From positions 1,321 to 65,320 of the forward strand of contig JAKQKX010000092.1 of assembly GCA_029560465.1 (NCBI GenBank): DNA of 64,000 nt. The letters are read 5' to 3'. Numbering within the stretch: position 1 is the first letter of the stretch; each line of letters opens with the position of its first letter. Positions 1 through 10,003 of the stretch are shown one piece after another. Source of the stretch: Candidatus Omnitrophota bacterium (GTDB lineage: Bacteria; Omnitrophota; Gorgyraeia; Zapsychrales; JANLHA01). Both the position numbers and the translations under genes were made by a program. The notes below the pieces were generated by a model that was not told where the DNA came from, made no database searches, and worked only from the letters and a program-made list of their open reading frames with translations.

Positions 1-36
1 TCGGCCACTAGAATTAAGGATAGAATAGAAATAATA

Positions 37-2640
37 ATGAAATTCTTAAGAATTGCTATTTTAATTTGCCTTGTTTTTTCGTCGTCCAGTTTTGCCCAGA
101 CGGAAGAAAGTATCCCGATGACGGGGCCTGAAGGAGATACGGCTGATAAACAGGAGGGGGAAGTTCTCGGTGAGGGGGCCCCGAGACCTCTTCAGGAGTC
201 CCCTCGCAAAAAAGCTCAAGCGGCGTCGGCATCTCAGCTGGACATTAAAACAGAAACATACGAAAACGGTAAAATAAAGCGGCAAATCATAACGGACACC
301 AAGACGGGAGAAGTCGTTTTAAAAAAGTATTTCCGTGAAGGAGCTTTGCAAACACACGCTGTTTACGTGAACGGGAAGCTGGACGGCCCGTATCATGAGT
401 ATTATGAACATGGGCAGTTGGCCCTAAGCATCAATTTTGTCGCCGGTAAAGAGCATGGGCAGTATGTGCGGTATTATCCGACGGGATTTTTGAAGGAGAA
501 AGGGGAATTTTACCTTGGCAATGGCCAGGGGCTGTTTATTTATTTCTACGAAGACGGGCAGTTATCCAAAGAGGTTACGTATAAAGATGGCCGGGCCGAG
601 GGCGTTGCCAGGACATATTATTCTAATGGCCAGCTTGCGACAGAAAATCAATATAAATTAGGCCAGCCGTTTGGGTTGAATCGGTCTTATTTTGATAACG
701 GCCAACTTAAAGATACTGTCATTTATCAAAATGGTTTGCGTAACGGAGAGTTTACTGTTTTTGACCGTGACGGGCATATAGAAATGTACGGGCATTTTGT
801 GGATGATGTCCTCGCCGGGACCGTTGTTTCTTTTTACAAGACGGGCATTATGAAATCCGCCATTGACTATAAAGGAGGGAAGATCCACGGATATTCGCGC
901 GAGTATTATACCAATGGGCTCCTGAAAAATTTGGATTCTTATAATAACGGCTTTATCAGCAATCAAATTAAGTATGATAAAGATGGGAAAATGCTTAAAG
1001 ATAAAGTTTATATCAAAGGGGATCTCGCCTTCCCAAATTTTGATGAATGGCATTTCAGGTTAGCCGGGCTCGCGTTTCTCTGCGGCATTTTGTTTCCCAT
1101 TCTTGTTTACCGCATATTCGGGAAGAAACTCAAGAAGGCGGGAGCTCAGGCCGTCACCCCGGCGGCTCTACGGGTGTTGAATCAAGCCGAGATTAAATTA
1201 AGCCGGAAGAACAAAGAATTTAACCTGCTGCATTCCGAGTCCGAGCGGATGTACCGCCGCATGGTTGAAACAGTCAGCAACGGCCTTTTCCTGGCGGACG
1301 CGAAGGGGGTCCTCAGTTACGTTAATTTCGCTTTTGCCCAAATCATGGGATTCTGCAGTAAGACCGATATGATTGGCTCTAATATTAAAGATTTCTTCCA
1401 GGATGAGAAGCAGGAATTCTGGAAACTGTTGCATGAAAAGAATGTCGTGAAAGATTATGTTTTGGAAGGCCTTGTCCAGGAGGGGAAGAAGCTGGTCCTC
1501 TCTGTTTCGGCAAATTTACTATGGGATGAGCGGGGCACGGTGAACGGTATCGAGGGGGTTGTCAATGATATTACCTTAAAACAAAAGCTGGAAGACGAGA
1601 TACATGTCGAGAAACGCAAGATGGAGCTTATTATCGGATTTTATGAAAAGATTGATACCGTTAGGGATATGCAGGTTTTGGTGAACTTTACGGTTGAAGA
1701 AATTTCTAATATCCTCGAAGCCAAACGCTGTTCCCTTATGATGGAAGATCCCAAAACCGGGTGCCTGGCCATTTTGGGTGCCAAGGGGGTTTCCGACGAC
1801 GTTATAACAAAAACACAAATTAAAATGGGGGAACAGATTTGCGGGCATGTGGCTTTAAAGGGCGAGGCGGTCCTGGTAAAAAATATTGAGTATGACGAAA
1901 GATTCTCGAGGGCGAAATTGCCATATTATCTTGGGCGGTCCTTTATGGTTATGCCGTTTCGGGTGAATGACAAGCTGGCGGGGGTCATTAACGTGGCCGA
2001 CAAAAGTAGCGCTGTCAATCTGGAGGAGCCTTTTAGCGATATGGATTTTAAAATCCTGCGCATTATGGCGAAACGGATATCGACCGCCATGGAAAACGTG
2101 AGTTTATTTAAAGAGCTCAACCTACAGACGGTCACTGACCCTATTACGCAGATATATAACTACCGTTTGTTCTCCGAGTCTTTGGATCAGGAGATTCGGC
2201 GGCTGAAAAGGAATAAGACAGACCTTTGCGTAAGTATGATTGATATGGACCATTTTAAATCTTACAATGACACATTTGGGCATGTGGCGGGAGACGAGCT
2301 TCTTCGAACTTTTGGGGAGATGCTGAAATCAAACTTGCGGGACACGGATATTGTCTGCCGTTATGCGGGAGACGAGTTTTGCGTGGTGTTTCCCAACACG
2401 AATATCCAGGGCGCTTATCTGGCCGCGGAAAAGGTCAGGAAAGTTGTTGAGGAACATCCCTTCCAGCAGCAGATCACGTTGAGTATCGGTATTGCCCAAT
2501 ACCGGGACGGAATGAGTAAGAAGGACCTTATCCTCAAGGCGGATGAAGCGCTTTACAAGGCCAAGAAAAACGGACGGAACCAGGTTGTCTTGGCTGAAGA
2601 TGATTTTGCCCCGGGTCCCTCCTCCGAGAAGGATGAATGA
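37..2640 (+). CDS. Signalling protein with N-terminal MORN-like repeats, a TM segment, PAS, GAF and a C-terminal GGDEF (diguanylate cyclase) domain
   Basis: Repeated YxNGxL MORN-like units after a signal/TM segment; a hydrophobic segment near aa 350; GGDEF-domain signature RYAGDEF with a downstream KAKKNGRN motif; PAS and GAF-like regions lie between. Confidence 0.85.
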   Translation: MKFLRIAILICLVFSSSSFAQTEESIPMTGPEGDTADKQEGEVLGEGAPRPLQESPRKKAQAASASQLDIKTETYENGKIKRQIITDTKTGEVVLKKYFREGALQTHAVYVNGKLDGPYHEYYEHGQLALSINFVAGKEHGQYVRYYPTGFLKEKGEFYLGNGQGLFIYFYEDGQLSKEVTYKDGRAEGVARTYYSNGQLATENQYKLGQPFGLNRSYFDNGQLKDTVIYQNGLRNGEFTVFDRDGHIEMYGHFVDDVLAGTVVSFYKTGIMKSAIDYKGGKIHGYSREYYTNGLLKNLDSYNNGFISNQIKYDKDGKMLKDKVYIKGDLAFPNFDEWHFRLAGLAFLCGILFPILVYRIFGKKLKKAGAQAVTPAALRVLNQAEIKLSRKNKEFNLLHSESERMYRRMVETVSNGLFLADAKGVLSYVNFAFAQIMGFCSKTDMIGSNIKDFFQDEKQEFWKLLHEKNVVKDYVLEGLVQEGKKLVLSVSANLLWDERGTVNGIEGVVNDITLKQKLEDEIHVEKRKMELIIGFYEKIDTVRDMQVLVNFTVEEISNILEAKRCSLMMEDPKTGCLAILGAKGVSDDVITKTQIKMGEQICGHVALKGEAVLVKNIEYDERFSRAKLPYYLGRSFMVMPFRVNDKLAGVINVADKSSAVNLEEPFSDMDFKILRIMAKRISTAMENVSLFKELNLQTVTDPITQIYNYRLFSESLDQEIRRLKRNKTDLCVSMIDMDHFKSYNDTFGHVAGDELLRTFGEMLKSNLRDTDIVCRYAGDEFCVVFPNTNIQGAYLAAEKVRKVVEEHPFQQQITLSIGIAQYRDGMSKKDLILKADEALYKAKKNGRNQVVLAEDDFAPGPSSEKDE

Positions 2641-2714
2641 ACAACCTCCTTTGAAATCCCGTCTGGGAGGCCCTTGGCCTTCCGTTTACAAAAGCATCCT
2701 GTGGGGGAGGGGCT

Positions 2715-3167
2715 TTAGCCTTCCTGCTGGTTTTCCCAAAGGCGACTAAACGCATATTTTGTTAGAGCGATATAGGAGGGGAGCAAAAGTATAACCGCCA
2801 GCATCAGGACGTCCTTCCCGAGGGTGATGTTCTGGTGGAATAAGGATTTGATGATTTTGATCTCATAAATCCGGCCTGTGACATCGCTGAGCAAGCGCAA
2901 CATCAGAAATCCTTGCCAGAAATTTTTTGACAACCATCGGATCTGGCGCAGGAATAGATAGAAGGATACGATGGCCAAAGCATTGAGGATGACAGACAGC
3001 GCGTTCCTGAGGTAGTCCAGGATATAACCCAGGTTATATGCGATGAGGATATGGTAGTATGTGTTGATGTTGGAATCAATGATGATAAACTGCCATATCT
3101 GATATGCCGTGACAGCACAATAGATGACAAAATAAAAACTCCAAATCCAGCTGGGTTTCTTCGACAT
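2715..3167 (-). CDS. Hypothetical small integral membrane protein
   Basis: 150-aa ORF with several hydrophobic helices and no recognisable catalytic motif. It is convergent with the upstream GGDEF gene. Confidence 0.45.
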   Translation of the reverse strand: MSKKPSWIWSFYFVIYCAVTAYQIWQFIIIDSNINTYYHILIAYNLGYILDYLRNALSVILNALAIVSFYLFLRQIRWLSKNFWQGFLMLRLLSDVTGRIYEIKIIKSLFHQNITLGKDVLMLAVILLLPSYIALTKYAFSRLWENQQEG

Positions 3168-3326
3168 GGAGTTATTATGACAAATTTTGCCTTTTAAATC
3201 ATTACGTATTTATTTTTTCTTTGAAGATTCTGCGTGCGAAAGAAACAAATGAGCAAGGGAGAAAGATTTGGGAACGTTTTTGAATAAATTTTTGATAGGA
3301 AGATATTATTTTGCTACAATAAAGAC

Positions 3327-3719
3327 ATGAAACAAGAACTGGATGATATGTTGCTTGAGATTTGTGAACGAGACCCGCGCTATAAAGATGACGCCTATGA
3401 ATTTGTGCTTGAAGCGTTGTCTTATACTCAAAAGAGGTTGCGGCGTTCCCGGCATGTGACCGGTAAGGAATTGCTGGAGGGGATCAAGGACCTTTTGATC
3501 GAAAAGTTCGGGCCGTTGACTTTGACCGTTTTACAGCATTGGGGGATTAAGACGACGGAGGATTTCGGGTATATTGTATTTAACATGGTTGAGAAAAAGA
3601 TCCTCAGTAAGACCGAAGAAGATAATATTGAAAGTTTTAAAGACGTCTATGATTTTGAGGCCGTTTTCAATAAACGTTACCGGGACCGGTTGGCTAAACA
3701 GATTAGCCGGTTGAGGTGA
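3327..3719 (+). CDS. Conserved hypothetical protein
   Basis: 130-aa ORF in the coding-dense region upstream of recG. No motif recognised. Confidence 0.5.
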   Translation: MKQELDDMLLEICERDPRYKDDAYEFVLEALSYTQKRLRRSRHVTGKELLEGIKDLLIEKFGPLTLTVLQHWGIKTTEDFGYIVFNMVEKKILSKTEEDNIESFKDVYDFEAVFNKRYRDRLAKQISRLR

Positions 3720-3873
3720 ATCTTCGGGATGCCCGTCCCTGGAAATCAGTAAAGGGATGCTGGATGAAGGGTGCTTGAAACAGGCAGGGTTAAGAAGGAA
3801 CCTTGCCTTTTTTATGAAGGGGACAATGCGTGCTCGCTGGAGTCTGCTGTTGAAATGGATATGATGGGGAGTT

Positions 3874-5958
3874 ATGCAACCGCTTAAGGAGATTTCGGTC
3901 CAGTTTATTAAAGGCGTCGGCCCATCCAAGAAAAAACTGTTTGAGAAGTTAGGGGTCGAAACAATCGAAGACCTGCTTTATTTCTTCCCCCGCCGGTATG
4001 AAGACCGCACCCAGATGACTCCTTTGTCTGAAGTGAAGCCGGGGGACACGCTGACTGTGACCGGGAAGGTCATGGCCCGGGGGGCGAGGCAGAGTTGGTA
4101 CACGCGCAAGCATGTCTATGAGATGGCTGTAGATGATGGGCGCGGGCGGTTGTTTGTCGTTTGGTTTAATCAGCCATATCTGGATAAATATTTCTCGGTG
4201 GGGACCCCGGTTGTCCTTTATGGCAGGGTTGAGCTTTATAAAGACCGTTTGCAGATGGTGTCTCCCGAGTATGAAATTATTGATAAGGAGGACGACCTGA
4301 ACCTGAACATGGGGAGGATCGTTCCGGTATATCCTTTAACAAAAGGGTTTTCCCAGCGCACTATGAGAAAAGTGATTTATCGCTGCCTGGAAAATTATCT
4401 GCCTGAATTGCCGGATGTCCTGCCGGTCTGGGTGCGTAATAAATACCGTCTTCCCAACATTCGCCGCAGCCTTGCGCAGATCCATTTCCCGGAAACCATG
4501 GCGTTTCAGGAGAGCGCCCATCGACGGGTATCTTTTGAAGAATTTTTTCTTTTTCAGATATCCGTTATAAAGCGTCGGATGAGTATTGCCGGCCAACAGG
4601 GATTTGCGCATCGTATCGGGCTTGATTTTGTTTCGCAATTTGCCGGGATGTTTCCGTTCCCCCTCACCGGCGCTCAGCAGAGGGTTATCCGTGAGATTGC
4701 CGGAGACATGCAACGGGATTACCCCATGATGCGGCTTTTGCACGGGGATGTCGGTTCCGGGAAGACGGTTGTCGCGTTGTTCGGCTGCCTGGCGGCTGTC
4801 GCCAACGGTGCCCAGGCCGCCTTGATGGCCCCGACCGAAATCCTGGCACGCCAGCATTATCAGTCGATCCTAACGTTCCTGTCGGGGGGGCCGTTTGCGG
4901 ACGTGCCGGTTGAATTGGTCGTGAGCGGCCTCTCCAAGAAATCGAAAGAAGAGGTTTGCCGACGGATCAGAGCCGGGGAGTCAAAAATTGTGGTTGGCAC
5001 ACACGCGCTGTTAAGCGAGGATATCAGTTTTAAGAAATTAACTTATGTTGTGATTGACGAACAACATAAATTTGGGGTCCAACAGAGGGCGCTTTTATCA
5101 TCAAAAGGCGCTAGCCCGGACGTGCTGGTGATGACCGCGACCCCGATCCCCCGGACGTTGAGCCTGACGCTTTTTGGCGATCTTGATGTTTCCGTCCTGG
5201 ATGAAATGCCGAAGAACCGGGGGCGCGTTATCACGGAAGTTTTTTTAAGTGAAAACGCGCCAGAGGTGTATCGGGCGGTGCGCGAGAAAGTCCTGCAGGG
5301 AGAACAGGCATATATCGTTTATCCTATTGTTGAAGAATCGGAAAACTTGAATTTGAAAGCAGCCCAAACCATGTTTGAGCGGTTTCAAAAACATGATTTT
5401 AACGGGATTCAGGTTGGGCTGGTTCACGGACAAATGAAACGCGCCCAGAGTGACGAAGTGATCTCCCGTTTTAAGAATAATGAGCTTCGTATCCTGGTCG
5501 CGACGAGCGTGCTGGAAGTCGGGATTGACGTCCCGAATGCCAGTATTATGGTGATCGAACACGCGGAGTGCTTCGGCCTGGCCCAGCTCCACCAATTAAG
5601 GGGCCGGGTGGGACGGGGGCGGAAGAACGGTTGCTGTTATTTGATCGCGGACCCATCGACCGACGACGGCCGGGCCAGGCTGGAGGCCATCCGGTCATCA
5701 ACGGACGGGTTTAAAATCGCCGAACAAGATTTGCTGATCCGCGGCCCGGGACAGTATTTCGGCCGGCATCAGCATGGGTTGAACGAGCTGAAGTTTGCCA
5801 ACCCGGCCACGCAGATCGATATCCTTGAGCTGGCGCGAAAGGAAGCCCAGGAAATGACGCACCGTGACCCCGACTTGGCGGACCCGCGGCATATCCCGTT
5901 GCGTGACGCTGTGAAGGAGCGGTATCCAACATATTTGAGCCATATTCAGGCGGGATGA
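3874..5958 (+). CDS. recG: ATP-dependent DNA helicase RecG
   Basis: N-terminal wedge-domain pattern (GVGPSKKKLFEKLGVETIEDLL...PRRYEDRT); Walker A GDVGSGKT; DEQH box (VIDEQHKFGV); helicase C-terminal motifs (QLHQLRGRVGRG). Length 694 aa is typical for RecG. Confidence 0.93.
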   Translation: MQPLKEISVQFIKGVGPSKKKLFEKLGVETIEDLLYFFPRRYEDRTQMTPLSEVKPGDTLTVTGKVMARGARQSWYTRKHVYEMAVDDGRGRLFVVWFNQPYLDKYFSVGTPVVLYGRVELYKDRLQMVSPEYEIIDKEDDLNLNMGRIVPVYPLTKGFSQRTMRKVIYRCLENYLPELPDVLPVWVRNKYRLPNIRRSLAQIHFPETMAFQESAHRRVSFEEFFLFQISVIKRRMSIAGQQGFAHRIGLDFVSQFAGMFPFPLTGAQQRVIREIAGDMQRDYPMMRLLHGDVGSGKTVVALFGCLAAVANGAQAALMAPTEILARQHYQSILTFLSGGPFADVPVELVVSGLSKKSKEEVCRRIRAGESKIVVGTHALLSEDISFKKLTYVVIDEQHKFGVQQRALLSSKGASPDVLVMTATPIPRTLSLTLFGDLDVSVLDEMPKNRGRVITEVFLSENAPEVYRAVREKVLQGEQAYIVYPIVEESENLNLKAAQTMFERFQKHDFNGIQVGLVHGQMKRAQSDEVISRFKNNELRILVATSVLEVGIDVPNASIMVIEHAECFGLAQLHQLRGRVGRGRKNGCCYLIADPSTDDGRARLEAIRSSTDGFKIAEQDLLIRGPGQYFGRHQHGLNELKFANPATQIDILELARKEAQEMTHRDPDLADPRHIPLRDAVKERYPTYLSHIQAG

Positions 5959-6038
5959 TTGTTTATCCGGTGTATGCTCACGGAGGCGAGGGAAATAATG
6001 AATAAAGATAGTCTAATGGTTATAAATTTATACGGATT

Positions 6039-6602
6039 ATGAAAATACTGACAGGAGCTTATAGAGGGCGTAATTTCTACATGCCGGTGGATATCCGGCC
6101 GACTCAAAATATGACCCGCAAAGCGATTTTTGACCTGATCGGGCATGATTTGAGCGGCCTGACGGTTTTAGACCTGTATGCCGGCAGCGGAGCGGTGGGG
6201 CTGGAGGCTTTATCCCTGGGGGCGGGCAAGGTGACCTTTGTGGAAAAGGCGCCCAAGTGTGTGGACACGATCGCTGAAAATTTAACCCTTCTGGGCTTGA
6301 AGAACGGCAATGACTTTGACAATCGCTGTGAACTCCTGCAGGCGGATGCCTTGGCGGCGATCAAGGCTTTTGGCGTGAAAAAGAGGTCTTTTCATATCGT
6401 GTTCCTTGACCCGCCGTATGACCGCGGGTTGGTAAAAAAAACCTTGAAAACCCTAAGTGCCTATGATATAGTACACCCCGTTTCTTTTATCATTGTACAA
6501 TATGGCAAGTCTGAGTATCTTCCGGAAAAACAGGAGGGTTTTTCCCTCATCAAGCGCCAGCGGTATGGAAAATCTTTCCTTGCTATTTTTCAAAAGAAAT
6601 AA
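6039..6602 (+). CDS. rsmD: 16S rRNA (guanine966-N2)-methyltransferase RsmD
   Basis: SAM-binding motif VLDLYAGSGAVGLEALSLGA and the DPPY motif (FLDPPYDRG). Size is about 187 aa, and it lies directly upstream of coaD as in many genomes. Confidence 0.85.
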   Translation: MKILTGAYRGRNFYMPVDIRPTQNMTRKAIFDLIGHDLSGLTVLDLYAGSGAVGLEALSLGAGKVTFVEKAPKCVDTIAENLTLLGLKNGNDFDNRCELLQADALAAIKAFGVKKRSFHIVFLDPPYDRGLVKKTLKTLSAYDIVHPVSFIIVQYGKSEYLPEKQEGFSLIKRQRYGKSFLAIFQKK

Positions 6603-6631
6603 TAGTATTATTAGATATATTTAAAAAGATT

Positions 6632-7114
6632 ATGGCCAAATCCGCTATATACCCTGGGACTTTTGATCCTGTGACTTTCGGGCATCTCGACCTTATTCAG
6701 CGCGCTACGGAAATTTTTGATAATGTCATTGTCGCGGTTGCCCGAAACGGTTACAAGCACCCCCTGTTCACCCTTGAGGAGCGGTTTGATATGCTCCAAG
6801 AGGCGACCCGGGGGATGAGTCATCTGACGGTTGTATCTTTTGAGGGATTGGTGGTTGATTTTGCGCGGAAGCAGGGGGTCAATGTCCTTATCCGGGGCTT
6901 AAGGATGTTTTCGGATTTTGAATATGAGTTTCAAATGGCGTTGACAAACAGGCGGCTGGCTTCGGATATTGAAACGGTTTTTCTTATGCCTTCGGAAAAT
7001 TATTCTTTTTTGTCATCGACGCTGATTAAAGAAACGGCGACGCTTGGGGCGGATATTTCCAGTTTTGTTCCTGATTTTGTGGCGCTGAAGTTAAAGGACA
7101 AACGGCGTCCATGA
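6632..7114 (+). CDS. coaD: Phosphopantetheine adenylyltransferase CoaD
   Basis: N-terminal GTFDPVTFGHLD (T/HxGH nucleotidyltransferase motif). The 160-aa size is canonical. Confidence 0.93.
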   Translation: MAKSAIYPGTFDPVTFGHLDLIQRATEIFDNVIVAVARNGYKHPLFTLEERFDMLQEATRGMSHLTVVSFEGLVVDFARKQGVNVLIRGLRMFSDFEYEFQMALTNRRLASDIETVFLMPSENYSFLSSTLIKETATLGADISSFVPDFVALKLKDKRRP

Positions 7115-7593
7115 AAATTTATTTGCGGGCCATCCCCCCGGAGGGGTTGGTTATTGAAAAATCCATTCCGGCCGAGGAGGCCGGGTGGGGGGATAAAAAT
7201 TTTGAGATTCTTTCCCCCATTCACTTGAACGTCAAGGCCGTCAAGGCCGGGGACGAATTATGCGTTTCTGTGAACGCCAAAGCGCTCTGCGGGTATGCTT
7301 GCGCCCGTTGCTTGGTGGAAGTCAAAATAGAACGGTCCGACACGTTTGATATATATTGTGATATTAACTCAAAGACGGAATTTGTCGATATTTCAGAAGA
7401 TATCCGGCAAGAGTTGATGCTGGCGATTTCTTCGGGTATCATTTTGTGCAAACCGGAGTGCAAAGGGATCTGTCCTAATTGCGGCGTAAATCTGAACGAG
7501 CAACAATGCCAGTGCCCCCAGGACTTAAAGAATCCGGTCGTCATGCGGATGGACGATGACCCTGAAGACAAACCAAGACGCCTGCCTTTGTAA
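7111..7593 (+). CDS. yceD: YceD/DUF177 family protein (large-subunit rRNA accumulation protein)
   Basis: C-terminal paired-Cys motifs (CKPECKGICPNCGVNLN..CQC). It lies immediately upstream of rpmF-plsX-fabH-fabD, the conserved yceD-rpmF-plsX operon context. Confidence 0.8.
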   Translation: MKIYLRAIPPEGLVIEKSIPAEEAGWGDKNFEILSPIHLNVKAVKAGDELCVSVNAKALCGYACARCLVEVKIERSDTFDIYCDINSKTEFVDISEDIRQELMLAISSGIILCKPECKGICPNCGVNLNEQQCQCPQDLKNPVVMRMDDDPEDKPRRLPL

Positions 7594-7627
7594 GAAAATA
7601 TCCGGAAATCATTAAGGAGTCATTATT

Positions 7628-7825
7628 ATGCCAAATCCTAAGAGACAGCATTCCAAGCAGAGGGGACGCAAGAGGCGGACGCACTGGAAAATCAGTGTGC
7701 CGAGCCTTGGGGAGTGTCCGAATTGCAAGAAGCCGATCATCTCGCACCGGGTTTGCCCTTTCTGCGGTTTTTATAAAGGCAAAACTGTCGTCGAGATTCA
7801 AGTCAAAGAAAAGAAAGCCAAATAA
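7628..7825 (+). CDS. rpmF: 50S ribosomal protein L32
   Basis: MPNPKRQHSKQRGRKRRTHWK... with a CPNC...CPFCG zinc-ribbon. RBS AAGGAG 8 nt upstream. Size 65 aa. Confidence 0.9.
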   Translation: MPNPKRQHSKQRGRKRRTHWKISVPSLGECPNCKKPIISHRVCPFCGFYKGKTVVEIQVKEKKAK

Positions 7826-7949
7826 ATTTCGCCCCAGATTTTTCTGGCCGATAAGCCCTTTGAAAGTCCGCCTTGATCCAAGGAGGCGGCCGGGCCACTT
7901 GGAAACACATTTTGTCAATACAAAATCGTTTTATCCGGGGGGAGAACAC

Positions 7950-8939
7950 TTGAAAATTGTCGTTGATGCTATGGGGGGGGATTACGCGCCGGCCGCTATC
8001 GTGGAAGGCGTGGTGGACGCGATCAAGGAATTAGATGTCAATGTTGTTCTTATCGGCCTTCAGGACCAGGTTGAGGCCCAACTGCAGAAATATTCTTACC
8101 CGCCGGAACGCCTGAGCGTCATGCACGCGCCGGAAGTGATCAGCATGCATGAAGCCGCGACCATCAGTGTCCGGAAAAAACGGCATTCCTCCATCACGTT
8201 AGGGGTCAAACTTTTAAAAGAGCCTGGATTCGACGCTTTTATCAGCGCCGGGAATACCGGGGCTGTTGTCGCCGCGTCAACGGTTCATCTGGGCATGCTT
8301 CCCGGCGTTGAGCGTCCGGGCATCGGATTGCTTATCCCGCAACTGAACGGGTTTTCTTTTATCATCGACGTGGGCGCGAATTCCGAAGCGAAAGCCAAGC
8401 ATCTTTTGCAATCATCTCTGATGGCGGTCGTGTATGTCCGGGAGGTGTTGGGGGTACAGAATCCGAGGGTTGGGATTTTGAACATTGGGGAAGAGGAATC
8501 AAAGGGCAACGATTTTGTGAAAGAAACACACCGGATGATGGCAGCCCGGTTGGCAAATTTTGTCGGCAATATAGAAGCGAACGATATTTTTTCCGGTCGC
8601 TGTGACTGCATCATTTGTGACGGGTTTACCGGTAATATCGTGATTAAGGTTTCGGAGCACCTCATGGAGTCTGCCGGAACGCTGATCAAGAGGGAAATTA
8701 AGAAAAGCAAAATCGCTCAACTCGGGGCTTTTCTGATGCGGAACCAGTTGAAGCAGGTGCTGCGGCACGCGGATTATTCGGAATACGGGGGAGCCCCGTT
8801 GTTAGGCGTGAACGGTCTGGTGATGATCAGCCACGGGCGATCCAACCCCAAAGCGATCAAGAACGCGATACGGGCCACGTTAAGGGAGATTGAGCATAAT
8901 ATTATTTCGACTATGATAAAGGAGATCAGTTCCAAATGA
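7950..8939 (+). CDS. plsX: Phosphate acyltransferase PlsX
   Basis: The ORF-track frame from 7695 is an N-terminal over-extension that overlaps rpmF. The conserved PlsX N-terminus (LKIVVDAMGGDYAP) begins at an in-frame TTG at 7950, preceded by GGGGGGAGAA (RBS). The C-terminus ends ...ISTMIKEISSK. Confidence 0.88.
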   Translation: MKIVVDAMGGDYAPAAIVEGVVDAIKELDVNVVLIGLQDQVEAQLQKYSYPPERLSVMHAPEVISMHEAATISVRKKRHSSITLGVKLLKEPGFDAFISAGNTGAVVAASTVHLGMLPGVERPGIGLLIPQLNGFSFIIDVGANSEAKAKHLLQSSLMAVVYVREVLGVQNPRVGILNIGEEESKGNDFVKETHRMMAARLANFVGNIEANDIFSGRCDCIICDGFTGNIVIKVSEHLMESAGTLIKREIKKSKIAQLGAFLMRNQLKQVLRHADYSEYGGAPLLGVNGLVMISHGRSNPKAIKNAIRATLREIEHNIISTMIKEISSK

Positions 8940-9913
8940 GCAATGTCGGGATTGTGGCCACCGGGTCTTTTGTGCCGGGGAAGATATTAACTAACGCCGA
9001 GCTGGAACGCATGGTGGACACGTCGGATGAGTGGATTGTAACGCGCACGGGAATTAAAGAACGCCGTATCGCCGAAAAACATGAACGCACCAGTTTCCTG
9101 GCCAGTCAGTCGGCGAAAGATGCGTTGTCGCGGTCGTCGGTTAAAGCGGAAGATGTCGAATTGATTGTCGTGGCCACGACCACCCCTGACAGCCCGTTCC
9201 CGTCGGTCGCCTGTCTGGTGCAGAAGGAAATCGGGGCCAAAAAAGCCGCGGCCTTTGACGTGAGCGCGGCGTGCTCCGGGTTTCTGTTTGCCCTGACAAC
9301 GGCCAAACAATATATACAAACCGGTCTTTATAAAAACGCCCTTGTGATCGCCGCGGAGAAGTTCACGTCTTTCATTGATTGGAACGACCGCAACACCTGC
9401 GTCCTGTTCGGAGACGGGGCCGGAGCGTGCCTGCTTGCGCCGGTCGAAGATGGAAAGGGGATTCTGTCGGACTGCCTGTTTTCCCAGGGGGAGCAGGCGG
9501 AGCTGATGTCGGTTATTGTTCAGGACCGCGAGCCGCTGGATCAGCAGAACACGATGATGCGCATCCCCTATGTGGAAATGCGGGGCCAGGAGCTTTTTAA
9601 AATGGCCGTGACTTCCATGGCGGAAATCGGGACGAGGGCTGTCCAGAAGGCGGGGGTAGCGATTGAAGATATTGATTGTGTCGTCCCGCACCAGGCCAAT
9701 GACCGGATCATCTCTGCTGTCGCCAAGAAGATGGGGATCCCGAAGGAAAAATTTTATATTAACATCCATCGTTACGGGAATATGTCGGCCGCGTCGTTGG
9801 TCGTGGCTCTGCATGAAGCGATCGAAGAGAAAGTCATTAAAGAAGGCAGCACCGCGCTCTTCGCCGCGTTCGGCGCTGGGTTGGTTTCTGCGGCGAATGT
9901 CGTCCAGTTTTGA
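8936..9913 (+). CDS. fabH: 3-oxoacyl-ACP synthase III FabH
   Basis: Active-site Cys context AAFDVSAACSGFLFAL, His (VPHQANDRII) and Asn (NIHRYGNMSAASL). Start overlaps the plsX stop (ATGA). Confidence 0.93.
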   Translation: MSNVGIVATGSFVPGKILTNAELERMVDTSDEWIVTRTGIKERRIAEKHERTSFLASQSAKDALSRSSVKAEDVELIVVATTTPDSPFPSVACLVQKEIGAKKAAAFDVSAACSGFLFALTTAKQYIQTGLYKNALVIAAEKFTSFIDWNDRNTCVLFGDGAGACLLAPVEDGKGILSDCLFSQGEQAELMSVIVQDREPLDQQNTMMRIPYVEMRGQELFKMAVTSMAEIGTRAVQKAGVAIEDIDCVVPHQANDRIISAVAKKMGIPKEKFYINIHRYGNMSAASLVVALHEAIEEKVIKEGSTALFAAFGAGLVSAANVVQF

Positions 9914-10003
9914 TTTTTATGAGAATAACCTTGCCGGTAATGTGTCTTTGATTTCTCTGTGTCCCTGATATGGACGCGGAGATTTTTTTTGAAAGGAACC
10001 GCC

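Noticed and set aside
7695-7949. Upstream extension of the plsX ORF, overlapping rpmF
   Set aside because: The conserved PlsX N-terminus begins at 7950 behind a G-rich RBS. The extension would overlap the ribosomal L32 gene in another frame.
8987-9814. 275-aa minus-strand ORF inside fabH
   Set aside because: It lies entirely antisense to a well-supported FabH gene. Its Arg/His-rich, low-complexity translation is typical of a GC-rich shadow frame.
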